This document shows, in pieces, positions 63,865 to 64,000 of a DNA stretch of 64,000 nucleotides; positions within the stretch are counted from its first letter, which is position 1, and every line of letters starts with the position of its first letter. The DNA is taken from the NCBI RefSeq assembly GCF_003704095.1, contig NW_020844944.1:124001-188000 (forward strand), written 5' to 3'. This stretch comes from Pocillopora damicornis (Eukaryota). The position numbers and the translations under genes were made by a program. The notes below the pieces were generated by a model. It saw only the letters and a program-made list of their open reading frames with translations. It was not told where the DNA came from and ran no database searches.

Positions 63865-64000
63865 CTGTCGAAAAAAAAAAAAAAAAGGAAAATACGCTTG
63901 TTGAAAGAGATAGTGTTTCAGAGTTTTCGTTGAATGCATTCTTTTTTTCAGTTTGCGTTTCGTAACCATTAAAATTCCCCTGAAATGAAATTCAAGTTGG

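Overview
Eukaryotic, AT-rich draft-scaffold sequence with spliceosomal GT-AG introns and nine N-gaps. Gene content and repeat families point to an anthozoan cnidarian, most likely a stony coral (inference). Genes I could build by hand: (1) a minus-strand extracellular protein with two uromodulin-type D8C exons and a VWC-like exon (5159-2330), with a ~2.2-kb inverted near-copy at 1-2215 that may be a misplaced haplotype; (2) an intronless class C GPCR, CaSR/amino-acid-sensor-like (14093-16738, +); (3) a two-exon Emx homeobox gene (25143-24134, -); (4) a four-exon orphan basic/coiled-coil gene (41638-33351, -) with a palindromic RFX X-box upstream; (5) a secreted histidine acid phosphatase of at least 8 exons including a 20-nt micro-exon (53421-47930, -; 3' end not found); (6) an orphan single Ig-like-domain protein with a GPI-signal-like tail (57765-54865, -); (7) the last exon of a second, divergent Emx paralogue (63864-63479, -). 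Non-coding DNA carries about 10 copies of a ~200-bp TTAA/CCCT piggyBac-type MITE, other MITEs, satellites, and a tandem array of degenerate minimal hammerhead-ribozyme motifs (44645-45040) of the Penelope/retrozyme type. All gene models come from splice signals, phase agreement and motif recognition; no database search was possible.
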